The notes beneath the pieces are model-generated. The model made no database searches. It saw only the letters and a list, made by a program, of their open reading frames with translations, and was not told the DNA's origin. From assembly GCF_023055435.1 (NCBI RefSeq), contig NW_025963857.1, positions 11,842,001 through 11,906,000 of the forward strand: 64,000 nucleotides of DNA. Direction: 5' to 3'. The translations under genes were made by a program, and so were the position numbers. The DNA is from Haliotis rufescens (taxonomy: Eukaryota). Shown piece after piece: positions 48,766-62,044 of this stretch. Positions within the stretch are counted from its first letter, which is position 1. Each line of letters opens with the position of its first letter.

Positions 48766-49710
48766 CTTTGTAGTTTTTTTATTTGGTCGGAGTTGTGAGT
48801 GAATCATCGCAATTCAACAGACTGTGAATCATAAGAATGCCTAAAGATCGTGTCTAGACATTTAAAAGGTTTTAACTATTTATGTTCTATCTGTGATAAA
48901 TCTGTGTGTCTCAACCCATTTGGAGGAAATTGTATGAAATTTGATCAAGGCTCTGTTGTTTAACATGTTACATGGTAAGAGTCATCAACGTCTAATTCAG
49001 CGTGGCCTTGTTTGTTTGTTGTTGTTTTTTCGTATATAGACAAACATGATGGTGTCTCAACGTTTCTCAAAGACATGATACATCAGAGTGTCAGAATAAG
49101 ACCTCATGTGTGCATGTGGCTTGTTTTTTCTAAATTCGTGAACCGGCCAGGTTCGTTTCCTATCAAGTCTAGTGAAATAAATTTCATACGTGTGTTAATC
49201 AGCATAATGTATGTCGTGTTTTAATCAGTTATCACAGTACAAAACAAACAACAACTTTTCAATTCCAACAATCTTCTTACACTCGCGTATACACTATCGC
49301 AATGTCTTCAACGTGCACGTCAAACTGTGTCGATTGAACATATGCACGTGCATATCAGTTGATAGAGTTGGTTGTGTTGTTGTTTTTTATTAAAAAACCC
49401 CAAAACAAACCTATATAACTTTATCATCATTTATGTCAAATTTCGTTTCACTTTTTGAGCTATGTTTTCAAGCTATGTAATTATTCATCAACCAACGATA
49501 ATAAATCGCTGAAAGTTATCTCAAAGTTGCCGTGGGTTTTTCTTGTGGCATCTACGCTGAAACTTAAAAAAGATGAGACACAGCTTCAGAACTAATACTT
49601 GCCTCGTTACGGAAACGCCGCAAAATGCTGCAAAATTACTGCTGGAGCTGGACCATGCTCCCAAGTCTAGGTGCCCGTTACCAGGCCGGAAGTTGTGTGA
49701 ATCAGACACT

Positions 49711-49779
49711 ATGCCCTGTGTCATTAGGATAATTGTCAGCGCGAGACTGACACGGAGTAAAACCTCGTTAATCCGCACG
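49711..49779 (+). CDS. Candidate first coding exon (MPCVIRIIVSARLTRSKTSLIRT), product unknown
   Basis: Strong phase-0 donor ACG|GTAAGT; ETS-type CCGGAAGT just upstream; frame is open back to ATG 49573. Confidence 0.3.
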
Positions 49780-50399
49780 GTAAGTTCCCAGTCAAATCGT
49801 CCGGATAACCAATGTCCGGGTTTACGAATCTGTTATTGGGTGATGTTGTATTTATATGTCTTGACGCTCCTAACGGTTAACGTCTGGGTAATGAGGTTTA
49901 ACGGGGTCTAGGTAATAGGGGTTTCATTGTACAACTGAATTTTGAGTAAGCAAACGTTGTGGGGTGTCAATGATTTGAATCAAACTTGCAAGACTGCAAA
50001 CTGGCCTGAGTTAGGAAAGGGTACACTGCGAAACTATTTACAACCTGCACAGCACAAGACAAACGCCGTGATATAACTGGGATAATGTTCAAAGATGCGT
50101 TTAACCCAACTCACTCACTCACTCACTCACTCACTCGCTCACACCCCGTGGGGTTGTCTGTCTCACAGCCCTTGAAACATATTATTTTCTCTTCCCGTCA
50201 TCCCTCTCTGTAATGCAAAAGCCCTAAATGAAGCAAGTCTAGATTTATATTTCTTTCTATCTAAATTATATATTTTCAGTGACTGAGCGTTAGTCTGCCC
50301 ATGGGGATTCCTAGTTAGAATAGGTCCCAGGCGATCCATCCTTGTAAGAGTATATAAGGGGGGCATATACTGGGTATCAGTTGTCAGATTTTTGTTTCT

Positions 50400-51031
50400 G
50401 GATTCTGATTTGTGTGGACGGCGCAAAAAGTTGCAGATGTTAAAATATTCATGTCAGTATTTACTCGGGTATTGCAAGAATATTGTGTACAAGAACTCTA
50501 CATCCAAGACCAATTAAAAAGTTTTATTTTGAAACATATTGTAAAGTCAAGACCTTTCTCAAACCTAATACACATAAATTGCATTAAAAATGTATCATTA
50601 CGTAGAAGTTTGGCCAAGTTTAGAACAGAATACAATGATCTCAAAATCCAAACATAAAGACGTTCTAAAGTTACAATAGATCCAGGTGATGCTTTTCGTG
50701 AACAGCGTGGCGAATGTCTTGAAGATGAATATCATATTTTGTTTATCTGTTCAAAGTATGTGTATGTAAGGTTAAAACAAATACCACACTGTTATAATAT
50801 TTTTCCAAATATATTTTTTTTGGTTAATTTATATTCCACAAACGAGGAAGATATATTGTTAAATTTATATCTGTATATCCATAAAAGTCTTAAGCTTAGG
50901 ACAAATGGCGCTCACTGAAATATTGTACGCCAGTTGAACACACATTGTACTAAAGGCCTTGTACGAATGAAGTATGTCTGTGTCTGTCTGTCCGTCTGTC
51001 TGTCTGTGTCTGCCTGTCTGTCGATCTGTCT
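50400..51031 (+). mobile_element. 5' truncated LINE (RTE-X-like ORF2 C-terminus) with (TCTG)n tail
   Basis: RSLAKFRT..DLKIQT*RR...ECLEDEYHILFICSKY..VR, a decayed CCHC zinc-knuckle region; clade assignment is from motif recall. Confidence 0.7.
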
Positions 51032-51041
51032 GTTTCTATAG

Positions 51042-51269
51042 GACCGCCTCCGTCGTCTAGTGGTAGAGCGTCCGCCCGGAGAGCGGAAGGTTCGGGGTTC
51101 GATTCCCGGCCGCTACATACCAAAAGACGTTAAAAGATGGCACTCGGCATTAAGGGGCTAAAACAAGGACTGGTCGGCTCGGAGTCAGTATTCTGTATCT
51201 GGGTAGGGTATTCGTGTTAAACTGCGGAATGGTATCTCAGTGGGCTAGCACTATAAATCGGCGTCAGTC
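51042..51269 (+). mobile_element. Family C SINE running into gap
   Basis: GACCGCCTCCGTCGTCTAGTGGTAGAGCG head. Confidence 0.85.
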
Positions 51270-51513
51270 NNNNNNNNNNNNNNNNNNNNNNNNNNNNNNN
51301 NNNNNNNNNNNNNNNNNNNNNNNNNNNNNNNNNNNNNNNNNNNNNNNNNNNNNNNNNNNNNNNNNNNNNNNNNNNNNNNNNNNNNNNNNNNNNNNNNNNN
51401 NNNNNNNNNNNNNNNNNNNNNNNNNNNNNNNNNNNNNNNNNNNNNNNNNNNNNNNNNNNNNNNNNNNNNNNNNNNNNNNNNNNNNNNNNNNNNNNNNNNN
51501 NNNNNNNNNNNNN
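51270..51513. other. Assembly gap (N run)
   Basis: Run of n. Confidence 1.
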
Positions 51514-51602
51514 GCTTCACGCATTGTACCCATTTGGGGAATCGAAACCGGCTCTCGGGCGTGACGAGCAAACGCCTTAACCACTAGGCTACCCACCGCT
51601 CC
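51514..51602 (-). mobile_element. Family B SINE, head portion
   Basis: Similarity to 32617-32781. Confidence 0.8.
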
Positions 51603-52399
51603 GTGCTCAACGAGAAACAGAATAAAACTACTTTGCAAAGAAGACATAGCCACTGCAGATTTTAGATTTCTTTAGTTTAGTCCTCGTGAACTACAGATAC
51701 ACATTCTTGGAAAACCACAGGACTTTATGTGTGAATATTGTCTCTACGTGTAGCATAAACTGACATTTTGATGTAATATAATTTGATGTATGAACGACTT
51801 TTATTAGAGTTTCTAACACTGCCAATATGACCGAGCGAAAACAACCTTAAACCAACAGGTGTCAGCTAACTGCATCGAATTTAGCATACACACCGGGCTT
51901 TCTGACCTATAAAAGTCAAATTATAAACACAGTGTGCGATATTTAATGTGTTTTTAATATCTTATACAATCTTAAAACTCTGTCACAGTGTGGTACATTT
52001 ATATATATTTTTTAAAAATGGGTATTTGCACGTGCACACAACTTTGGGACGTCAGCGATCTTTATATATATGTGTTAAGAATACGTCACCATGTTCCCTC
52101 AGTGAGTTCATGGTATGTGACGACGTCCGTCGCATGTTCGTCCGTAGTCCGTCCGTTAAGTTTCGACGTTTTACTGAACCGTCCATAGTTAGGAACTGAG
52201 CCTTAAGGAGCTCGGGCTTCTTTAAACATTAAAAGAAATAACATTTTAAATTTTGAAAAAGGATCAAAATTGTCCAGTCGTCTCAAGCACGGTTCCAGTG
52301 AGGATTCCGGGTTCGAATTGGTCCCCCGCAACCTAGGAGGGTTGTTCAGATCTTCGTGACATGTTTGTTGTGGACATTATGTGATGTCATAAAAAGTTG

Positions 52400-52624
52400 G
52401 ACCGCCTCCGGGTCTAGTGGTAGAGCGTCCGCCCGGAGAGCGAAAGGCTCGAGGTTCGATCCCCGTCTACGTCATACTAAAAGTCGTTAAAAGATGGTAC
52501 TTGTTGTTACCCTGCCTGGCGCATGGCATTAAGGGGCTAAAGGTAGGCTCAGAGTCAGTATACTTTGTCTGAGTGGGGTTTTCACGTTAAACTGCGGCCT
52601 GGTATCTCAGTGGGCTAGCACTAT
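52400..52624 (+). mobile_element. Family C SINE lacking tail
   Basis: Head and Meta-like core. Confidence 0.82.
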
Positions 52625-52853
52625 CAAGTTAGTCATGAGCGGGGTACAAGTGGACCACGAGGAGTTGATGTGTGCCTCACTGCAGCCAGGCTTACCGTCA
52701 TCGAGGGCTGAACACTCCACTACAGACAACACACAGCCCTCTCGGAATATACCCGGTTAATAACAGAACCTAGGAGCCATAGGTGTAGACATATATAGTT
52801 TACAAAGTTATACACACTTCGTGGAAGAGACCTACCCCTAGTGAATTGGCAAA

Positions 52854-53888
52854 ATGGACACATCTGAGTACAGAGCGGTGATAAAGTTCCTTGTCCTAGA
52901 GGGTCAATCTGCCAAACAGGTGGAAGAGCGATTGACTGCATTTTATGGAGAGTCTTCCCCATCGTCTGCAACTATCAAACGGTGGGTGAAGGAATTTCAG
53001 CGTGGCAGAGAGAGCTTAGAAGATGATGCCCGGTCCGGACGGCCATCAACCAGTACCAGCCCTGAAAACATTGACACTGTACACAAACTAGTGATGGAAA
53101 ACCGACGTATTACTCGCCATGAGCTAGAAGAAACAACAGGCCTATCATATGGATCCATACATAATATAATTCATGGCAAACTCCACATGTCCAAAGTGTG
53201 TGCCAGATGGGTCCCGGGAATGCTAACAGATGACATGAAGCTATCAAGGGTCACCATCAGTGGAGCCTTGCTAACTCGGTACAACGCCATCCCAGATGAT
53301 TATAAGTTTAGGATTGTAACCAGTGAAGAATCATGGGTTTATCATTTTAATCCGTAGAGCAGACAGGAGCCGATGGAATGGAAACACGCCACTTCTCCAA
53401 AGACAAAGAAGTTCAAAGCCACCAGATCCACCAAGAAGGTTATGATGACCATCTTCTGGGACAGCAAAGGAGTGATTCACACCGACTACCTGCCCCATGG
53501 CACCACATTGAATGGGGAGTATTATGCCAAGTTATTGAAGCAGGTGCGCCAATCCATCAAGGTGGGATTCTGCTTCACCAGGACAACGCACCAGTCCGTC
53601 CACACGAGCCGTGTTGCAATGACAGCTGTGCAAGAATGTGGCTACGAACTCCTCTCTCATCCACCCTATTCTCCAGACCTAGCCCCCAGTGACTTCCACC
53701 TCTTTCCCAGGCTGAAAAAACACCTCCGGGGCCGGAGATTTGAAGATGACGATGAGCTAACTGCTGCTGTGGAGGGTACCAGAGGGTTAGGGGACCAGAA
53801 TGTTGACTTCTACCGATCGGGCATCAGTGACTGGCAAACTAGGTGGAACAATTGTGTGGAGTTGGGAGGGGACTATGTTGAAAAATAA
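52854..53888 (+). pseudogene. mariner (DD34D, irritans-like) transposase pseudogene
   Basis: HTH region, ARWVPGML, IVTSEESW, HQDNAP in shifted frame, HPPYSPDLAPSDF; in-frame TAG at 53355-53357, deletion and frameshifts near 53560-53600. Confidence 0.93.
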
Positions 53889-53935
53889 AGTAGTAACAAT
53901 CCAATTCTTTTACTTTTTGTGTGTGAGGCTCAAAA

Positions 53936-53996
<61 letters not shown>

Positions 53997-54560
53997 ATGC
54001 ATGTGTGTATCTATGTATATACACACACAATATATCTCAGTATATCTATATATGTGTACACATATGTAATTGGTGTATACATATATAGTTGAACACAGTT
54101 GTACACATTTGTAATTGTATTGATGTTAAGTTGTATACATATGTAATTGTATACATAGTTGTATGCCTAAAAAACTTGTTTATGCATATGTTGTATAAAT
54201 ATAGATAGTTGTATACGTATGTAGTTGTGATATACGGAGAACATATGGCACATTTGCACAAATCTGTTGTTAATGTTTTATACAGTATATGTAGGTTTTT
54301 TCAAATCTATCGTAAGATATCTAGGCCTCATAGTTTCATGACATACTTAATTGATTCAAATTTCGCGCGTTTAAGTTAACGCCCTACGCCACCAAATACC
54401 CCCGTCGATTACACGTCTTTGCCGACAACCCCCGCAGTCAACACCCTGACCCGCATCCACCCCACCCATCCCCCAACGTCCCACCCGCTATCCCCCCCAC
54501 CACTCAAGGTCAACGCGCCCTGCACCCGAACGCCTGTCATTGCCTGGGTCACTGACCACG

Positions 54561-54574
54561 GTTGACCTAGTAAC
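54561..54574 (+). promoter_or_regulatory. RFX X-box-like site in CpG-rich island
   Basis: GTTGACCTAGTAAC; further half site GTTGGCAAC near 54647. Confidence 0.4.
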
Positions 54575-54750
54575 AAGCCCTCGGAAATATGTACTTCTCT
54601 CTATACCGCAACACCGCGCGGACTGTTAGGCGGCGACACCTACGCGTTGGCAACCCCGGTTAACCCTCTCAAAGCCAGCGCCGTTGTCTGGGCCTGTTTT
54701 TGTAAGCTGCAGAAGCCGAGGGGCTTGTTGTTATCTTAGCCTGTGCAAGC

Positions 54751-54777
54751 ATGCACAAAACAGCATCCATTCGAGAG
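54751..54777 (+). CDS. Candidate first coding exon (MHKTASIRE), product unknown
   Basis: AGCATGC start, phase-0 donor GAG|GTAAGA at end of a CpG-rich island. Confidence 0.3.
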
Positions 54778-55189
54778 GTAAGACAGTGTAGCAGATCTAG
54801 ATGATAATTATCTCGTGCTTGATTAATGCTTTCGCCGTGCTTCCGTAATTCAGCACGGGGCTATGAGTAGTCGAATGAGTGAGGGTTTCCGCAGCTTTTC
54901 TTAATTTTGCTTTTACATAGCCGTAGATAATTATGTTTTAGACAACCGTGAAGTTGGGATAATTATGTTTTAGATAACAGCAAATGTGAGATAATTAATC
55001 TTTAGACAACTGTAAATTTGACAAAATTGTTTTAGATAACCACGAAGGTGAGATAATTATTTTTGTGGAAACCTTTCTGATGAGATAATTACATATGTTC
55101 GTGATAACGATGAACCTAAATGCGAGATTAAATGTTGACGAACTAATTTGAAAACATACGGTGACATGGAACTACATGCGACAAGCTCC

Positions 55190-55390
55190 TTTCCATACCC
55201 ATGAGAAATATCTACTGAGTCTGAAAGCATAGTCCAATGTACGATCCATGTGTTTATGAATCACTATCAAGTTGTGATGATACCACGTGTTCGCAAAAAG
55301 GCAAGCATATCCTGCCCTACCGGTGACCCGTCACAAACTCATGCAAAGCCAAGTCAAGTGTTCACCTTGACAAACCCGGGATCATATGGT
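55190..55390 (-). mobile_element. Penelope-like terminal fragment
   Basis: Similar to 200-395. Confidence 0.55.
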
Positions 55391-56801
55391 GCGAGCCAAA
55401 ATAGTGAATTGCATCGGACATCATTTTGGTCATTGAAGACATGCACATATTTTGAGACGGTGATCCTTTTCTAAACAATGAGCTCACTCATACGGGTAAA
55501 CCGAAATGACATGACGATTGACTTACCGAATGGACACACTGTTTGATTTGTCGGGTAGATATATTGTTTGACTTGTCGGGTAGATATATTGTTTGACTTA
55601 GTATCATTGTATAATGACAAGACAGGCATGTTTTTTATACGAATCGCATGACTCATTGTAATTTGTTACTTGAAACGTTCGAAGTAATAGTTTACGGATT
55701 GCCGTGATAAAATAGTTTTCGCAGAACACCCCGGCGTGTCAAAGGGGTGGCTTTTTCTACCAACCCTATAACCAAAGAGGAGGAACACCGGCTGTTATAT
55801 TAACAGACGAGCCTAACGAGCATTGTGACATTTGAGAATTCATTGCCCTATAACACGTGCAACAGCGTTATAAATGTACAAATGTTCTCCAACAGATCGT
55901 CCACTTAGACGCCGTCATATATCGCAGTCAGCCACTGAACACGTGTAGATATGTTAAGGAGGTCGCTATTTCTGGAACCGAGCTGCTTCAAATTTGAATA
56001 TAACCGCCAATCAATTCTTTTAAAAGTTAAAGATTATACACATTTTAACTAACTTATGGTAAGGTCAGCTTGACCTAAGTTTGGTGTTGATAGAGTTAAG
56101 AACGCCGCTCAACATGTAAGTGGCACAGACAGGTTGCCAAATCAAACGATTACACGCAGCTTGTGTGACTTATGTAAGTAGCTTGTGTTATTCTTGTGTT
56201 TACTGATTGCATTTGAAATTTTTGCCTAGTTTTGTGCTTGTAACCTTGCCATCGATTATCATATTTAAGTTATTATAAACTGAGGGGCAAAAGAAAATGT
56301 GTTTTTAAATGTAATTGACCATTGAAAGAACAGTTGTCAAATTCGTCTATTTAACCAGCATTCATTCCAACAGTTTAGTGAAAAGTAATCAGAGGCTTTG
56401 TAATTTTGTGTAAAATATATTGGTTCAGTGAAGACTGGGGTTAGAAATGGTTTTATTTATGAAAAAAATGTTGTACAGTTGAGCCGAAAAAAGCAAATGT
56501 ATTGATATTTAAAGATAAGGTGTCTACAATACCTATAAGCAGTTGTGTATTATGCGATTTTTGTGTGTGTCATTTAAAAAAAGTTTTAAATCAAATTATT
56601 TTCACAAAATGAAACCGTCTAAATGTAGAAGTATTCTTAGAGTGTTGACTAAGCGCCAGTACAGTTATTGTTATTGGATGTAGTATCTAAAACTGACACG
56701 ACGATTCACAACTTATGAGGTACAATGGTAGATACTCTTTGTCCGGAGATTTCAAACAGCGTCAAACGACCCCCTCTCAAAGGTTGTTTGATTTTATGAT
56801 A

Positions 56802-57085
56802 GTGAGTGAGTGAGTGAGTTGGATTTAACGCCGCTTTTAACAGTATTCCAGCTACATCACGGCGTGTCAGCTTAATGTGGGAGGAAAGCCCGAAGTGATG
56901 CAAATCTCAGAGGTTTACCACTTCGGTGAAACCCACGAGCAAGGGTATGGTGCTGACGAACCTAGAAACATAATCGGGGCGAACCGGGATTCGAACCCAC
57001 AATCATAGGTTTCTGGCGTGCCAAAGGGACGCAACTCTGCACAGCGAATCGCGGCGCCTTAGACGACTGGGCCACCCGTGCCCCC
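56802..57085 (-). mobile_element. Family D SINE, full length
   Basis: Near identity to 7113-7393; flanks TTTA(A)TGATAG. Confidence 0.9.
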
Positions 57086-57164
57086 AGTTTAATGATAGAC
57101 ATGTGGAGGACATGTCCAAATGTGACGCATCAGTGACCAAAGTGATGCCTGATGTAATTATTTT

Positions 57165-57400
57165 CACTTGCCCCATATATTCCCGAGTTTTTTCAGGTGA
57201 ACAATTGACATTCCTTTGCGTGTGTTTATGACGGGTGCCAGTAGGGGGCAGGATACGCTCACCATTCCGCGAACCTTGTTATCATCACGCGTTGATCATG
57301 ATTCATAAACACATGTTCATGATATAGTCGGAATCGTACAATGGACTCTGCTTTTTACCAGATATTTCATATGATTATTGAAATGGTTTTGTCGCTGTTA
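57165..57400 (+). mobile_element. Penelope-like terminal fragment
   Basis: Reverse-complement similarity to 200-395 (GATATAGTCGGAATCGTACA.TGGACT; GACGGGTGCC...CAGGATACGCT). Confidence 0.6.
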
Positions 57401-57414
57401 ATTATAGCGTTCAA

Positions 57415-57692
57415 GGTGAGGTGAAATGGGGTTTAACGTCGCGTCCAAGATTATTGCACCCATATAGCGACGTGCATGTACGTGTTTGTGTGGCTGCTTG
57501 TACTAATCCGGACTGATGCCGATTGATAGTGCTAGCCCACTGAGATACCATGCCGCAGTTTAACATGAATACCCCACTCAGACACAGTATACTGACTCCG
57601 AGCCTGTCCTTGTTTAAACCCCTTAGTGCCGAGCACCAGACAGGGTAACAACAAGTACCATCTTTTAACGTCTTTTGGTATGACGCGGCCGG
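57415..57692 (-). mobile_element. Family C SINE, 5' truncated
   Basis: Similarity to 42739-43088. Confidence 0.85.
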
Positions 57693-57797
57693 GTGTAACG
57701 AATAATTTATGAAGAAATACGAATCTGGTATTCATTCACAGTTTCAGAATTCACTGTTTTACATTAAGTCATTACTGTTTTGAACTTACGTGTGATA

Positions 57798-57950
57798 AGC
57801 GGTCGGGTAGCCTAGTGGTTAAAATATTCGATGGTAACGCCGAAGACCCGGGTTCGATTCCTCCCATGATCACAATGAGTGAAACCCATTTCTTGTGTCC
57901 CCCACCGTGTTATTGCCACAGACGGTGTAAAACCATAATCGCTCACTCAC
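57798..57950 (+). mobile_element. Family B SINE, diverged
   Basis: A/B boxes; flanks ACTTACGT. Confidence 0.8.
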
Positions 57951-59089
57951 TTACGTTCGATATGTTAACGTATGTATTTTCCAGAATATCTTTATTTTAC
58001 ACCTTTTAGATCCCAAACAAAAGGGTTAAGCCCTTCCTCCCGTGCCTGTGATCTGATTGCCCCTCTGGTTCCAATATATGCTGTGCCATATTTGGCTAAA
58101 TTCCCAATGATTTTGCACTTAATTGAAACATGTTTAGATTTTTAGGATACTACACAGTGATATGAACTTTGTCGTAGACATGTTTATATTCTAAACATTT
58201 TAGATCATGGAGATGTTGTGTTTAGGTGGTGTTAGACTGTGAGACGTAGCTAATTCCACGTGCTAAGACACTAAATGTGTTTAGATAGAACACCAAATAA
58301 GTATTCCGTTTGGGATTTAAATAATTCCTGAACATGTTCAGATCTCAACATTTCTTGTATGTGTTTACATTCTAAACACATTCCTGTACAGTGTATGATG
58401 TAGAGAAACACATTTTTGAAATATCTTACATTCTTTCGTTATCGGTTTTCTGACAATCTCATTGTGCGTTAAGAAAATGATCAGTGGAATGACGTTAAAG
58501 GCACTGTTAGCTAGGGCAGATTGGCAGTCCTTGCACGATTGACTGAAGTGCTGAAATACCATTTGTTTGTCTGCTAGCTCAAATTGCGTGATGTATTCTA
58601 CTTAATAGGAGTTAGAGAACACTTAATTCTTTCATATGACTATAGTTAATCTGTCACGCCATGATAGATGAATTTACTATAGTAATATGAAATAGTCGGG
58701 TGGTCCTTAACTTCTTAAATAAATATATGAGGACATGTGTCAGTGAAATATCATGTTTCTCTCATCGAAGGACGGAGGAAAAGGAGACATCTCCTTTCTC
58801 CCGTTACATTTCCCCCTTTACGCTGCCTTGATAATGTGGAACTAACGCAAAAAGGAGTCAAAAGTGTATGTACGTGCCAGACACTAACGATAAAGGAGAC
58901 AATTTGCGGGGAGGTAGAGCTGGAAGGACAATAATTCCGTCAAAGTGTTATGTTCAATGCCATGAAAATATCACTTTTCTCAACTTCAGAAAACTCAGGC
59001 TTTCACACTGAAGTATGTAAATATTAATGAGAAATATATACAACCACTTCTCCCTGAATACAACTGAAACATGTAGGAGAACAATTCGT

Positions 59090-59898
59090 GTCGTGTGATT
59101 ATTTTGGTTCAGATCCGGAGATCTGGAAGCCATGGCATGACATTGACGTTTGTATTATAATGGCAGTCAACATTGACACAAGGTGTGTGTGTGGTGTAGC
59201 ATTGTCCCGTTGAAACAACTCCCTCTGTGGGTTGATAATCAGAAGAAGGTGACGTTGAAGAATGTGGTCCATGTACCGATGTGCTGTCCCCAGAACCACC
59301 ACCAAGTCAGAACTCCGTGTGCAGGATATGGGCTCCCCACGCCATCACACTTCCGCCACCGAATCTGTCGACCTGTGTACCGCAGTTCGGTGCAAAACGT
59401 CCATTTAGACGTCGAAATGGACACGCGTCTTCCATTTCGGCGTGGGAGAAGAAATCGTGATTCATCACTGAATCAGACTCGCTCCCAGATGCTCAGAGTC
59501 AATGCCTGTACGGTGTTGCTCCATCGTATACGTTGTCGTCGATGCGAACGTCTCAATACAGGGACAAATACCGGTCTTCTGGGTCTAGTTCCGACCTCTC
59601 GCAGGCGATTCCTGATTGTTTGGTCCGATGCCCTCCTCAAACCAGGTAGGTGGCCTGCAGTCTCGGTGACATTGGCATGTTGATGATGTGGGTGAAAGAA
59701 CAGGATGTGCCAATCTTGTGCAAGGGTGGTCCACCACTTCTCGGACGATCTTTGGTTGAATTGAGGCGGGATATACCGATCCCATAAAGGAGATATGGTG
59801 CTCTGATGCACGGTGAAATGACGTGCAACTGCAGACTTGGACTCTCGAACTTCAAGACGTTTTATGGCGATGTTGAATTCATATTTCAGTCTCGGCAT
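59090..59898 (-). pseudogene. Tc1-like transposase pseudogene
   Basis: MPRL..VARHF..STI, DRPRSG, QTIRNRL, FSDESRF, DRFGGGSVMAWG, FQRDNATPH, SPDLN across several frameshifts. Confidence 0.9.
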
Positions 59899-61019
59899 TT
59901 CCCACTTCTAAGAGGTCGACAAACGTATTACAAAATATTGACAGACGTCTGACCTTTTATAGTCATTGTCGCTTGCACATGCATTCTGCTTTTAGTTTCC
60001 TTTCCATGACATTCTCTATAAAGTTATAAAAGTTGCGTTTGTGCACTTCACCAGTAAACGAACATGTGACGAACATCGTTCAGTCAAAACTATTACATTT
60101 GTATTGAATGTTTCATGAAGAAACAAAATCAACATTCGCATGATCCCTTATGTGCTTCTTCTTTTGGATATGCAACTAAGCACAAGTGAGGTTCTCCTGT
60201 TATATATATATATTTATATATATTACCAGTTAGTTACAATATGTATATTTAACATTGAAGAAGACTTTAATTTCTCAATTAAAGAGATGGCACTAATTTT
60301 AACGTCTCATCCTAAAACTGTTAGAGTAGAGTGTACAGGAGAGTGTACACCCCATTTAAGAAGTTAGCTGAAATTTCAACAGATATCTGACCGCCAGGGA
60401 GCGAACGAATGGCAGCCTATATCTTCAGGGGTGCATTAAGCGAATGTTAATAGGGTCTAAAAGTTCAAAGTAGGTTGTAATAGTGAATTAATGACGTGAA
60501 TGCCTCCTACAATTACCTCTTATTCTAAAACCAAACATTCGCCATGTTAGCCGAGAACCCTTGTCAGTCATCACCCGTGTCTGGACAATGTTTGTGGAGT
60601 GGGTTTACATTTAAACGATCGCGCAACTAAACAAATACGTATGAAGTTCCCATATAGGACACTGTCAATTGATTACTTGTTCGTGTGTTTTGGATTATTT
60701 TTATAAGTATTGAATTGACGGACAAATATTTTATGGTTTATTTTAAAATGACAAATCAATGCCACTACTTCTCTTTACAGATACATTTATTATATGTTTA
60801 TTGGCAAAAGTCAAGGTCATAGTTATTTACATTAGGATAGTCTTATTTAGAAAATCGTGTAGGAAGTTATTTGAGTAAAATATGGTAATTCAATCTCCAT
60901 CGCATAATTCCGTCCAAATTGATTTATTGATGTCTTGTTTAATACGAATATGTGGTTCGTAAATCATACTGTGTGCAGGCGTTAATGCTATCCTGGAGGA
61001 ACACGTGATCACGTCTATG

Positions 61020-61410
61020 GCCCTGTCACTACGTCATGTGCTTCAACTGTCACCACGCCACGTGCTTCACCTGTCTCCACGCCACGTGCTTCAAATGTTA
61101 CCACGCCATGTGCTTGAACTGTCACCACGCCACGTGCTTCAACTATCACCACGTGCTTCAACTTCAACTGTCCTCACGCAATGTGCTTCAATTGTTACCA
61201 CGTCACGTGCTTCAATTGTTACCACGCCACGTGCTTCAATTGTTAAGGTCACGTGCTTCAAATGTTACCACGCCACGTGCTTCAACTGTTAAGGCCACGT
61301 ACTTCAAATGTTACCACCCCACGTGCTTCAATTGTTACCACGCCACGTGCTTCAACTGTTACGGCCACGTGCTTCAATTGTTACCACGCCACGTGCTTCA
61401 ACTGTTACTA
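61020..61410. repeat. 22-24 bp minisatellite carrying CACGTG (CACGTGCTTCAATTGTTACCACGC)
   Basis: Direct inspection. Confidence 0.92.
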
Positions 61411-61557
61411 CATTATGTGTTTGGGCTGTCATAAAGCAAAGGGATACATATCTTCTTCTGAATTATTTTTGACTGACCTACATCAGATATATTGTGATAA
61501 TCACATTATAAAATATGTTCGAAGGATATTTAGTTTACACAAATGAGTACACATATA

Positions 61558-61827
61558 TTGGTTTGTTTGTTTGATGTTAAACGCCACACTCAGCTATATT
61601 CCAGCTATATGACGGCGGTCTGTAAATAATCGAGTCTGGACTAGACAATCCAGTGATTGGCATCAAGAGCATCGATCCACGCAATTGGGATCAATGACAT
61701 GCATCAACCAACTCAGCGAGCCTGAACACCCTATCCCGTTTGTTGCCTCTTACGACAAGCATAGTCGCCTTTTACGGCAAACATGGGTTGCTGAAGACCT
61801 ATTCTACCCCGGATCTTCTCGGGTCTC
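61558..61827 (-). mobile_element. Family A element, full length with 12-bp TSD
   Basis: AGTACACATATA on both sides. Confidence 0.92.
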
Positions 61828-62044
61828 AGTACACATATAACTATTGTTAACATTTTGCAAGACATTTGGTGGGGTTATCTTACATGTCGCATATGTCAGT
61901 GTTAAGGCTATAGGCGGCGAAGGAAGAAGCAAAACATTATGTCCGCTTATTAAGAGTAAGTTGATGTACATACTCCTCAAAAGAGGTTAAAGAACACCCG
62001 ATTCTTTCATATCAATATAGTGAATCTGTCATGCTATATAACAA

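Noticed and set aside
58010-58316. Exon after TTTTAG acceptor or MITE with ATCCCAAAC/GTTTGGGAT ends
   Set aside because: Phase-0 frame stops after 13 codons and the inverted repeat is only about 9 bp
25417-61410. Seven of about ten arrays have unit lengths divisible by three
   Set aside because: Small post hoc sample, arrays carry frame-breaking indels and stops, so no evidence of coding constraint
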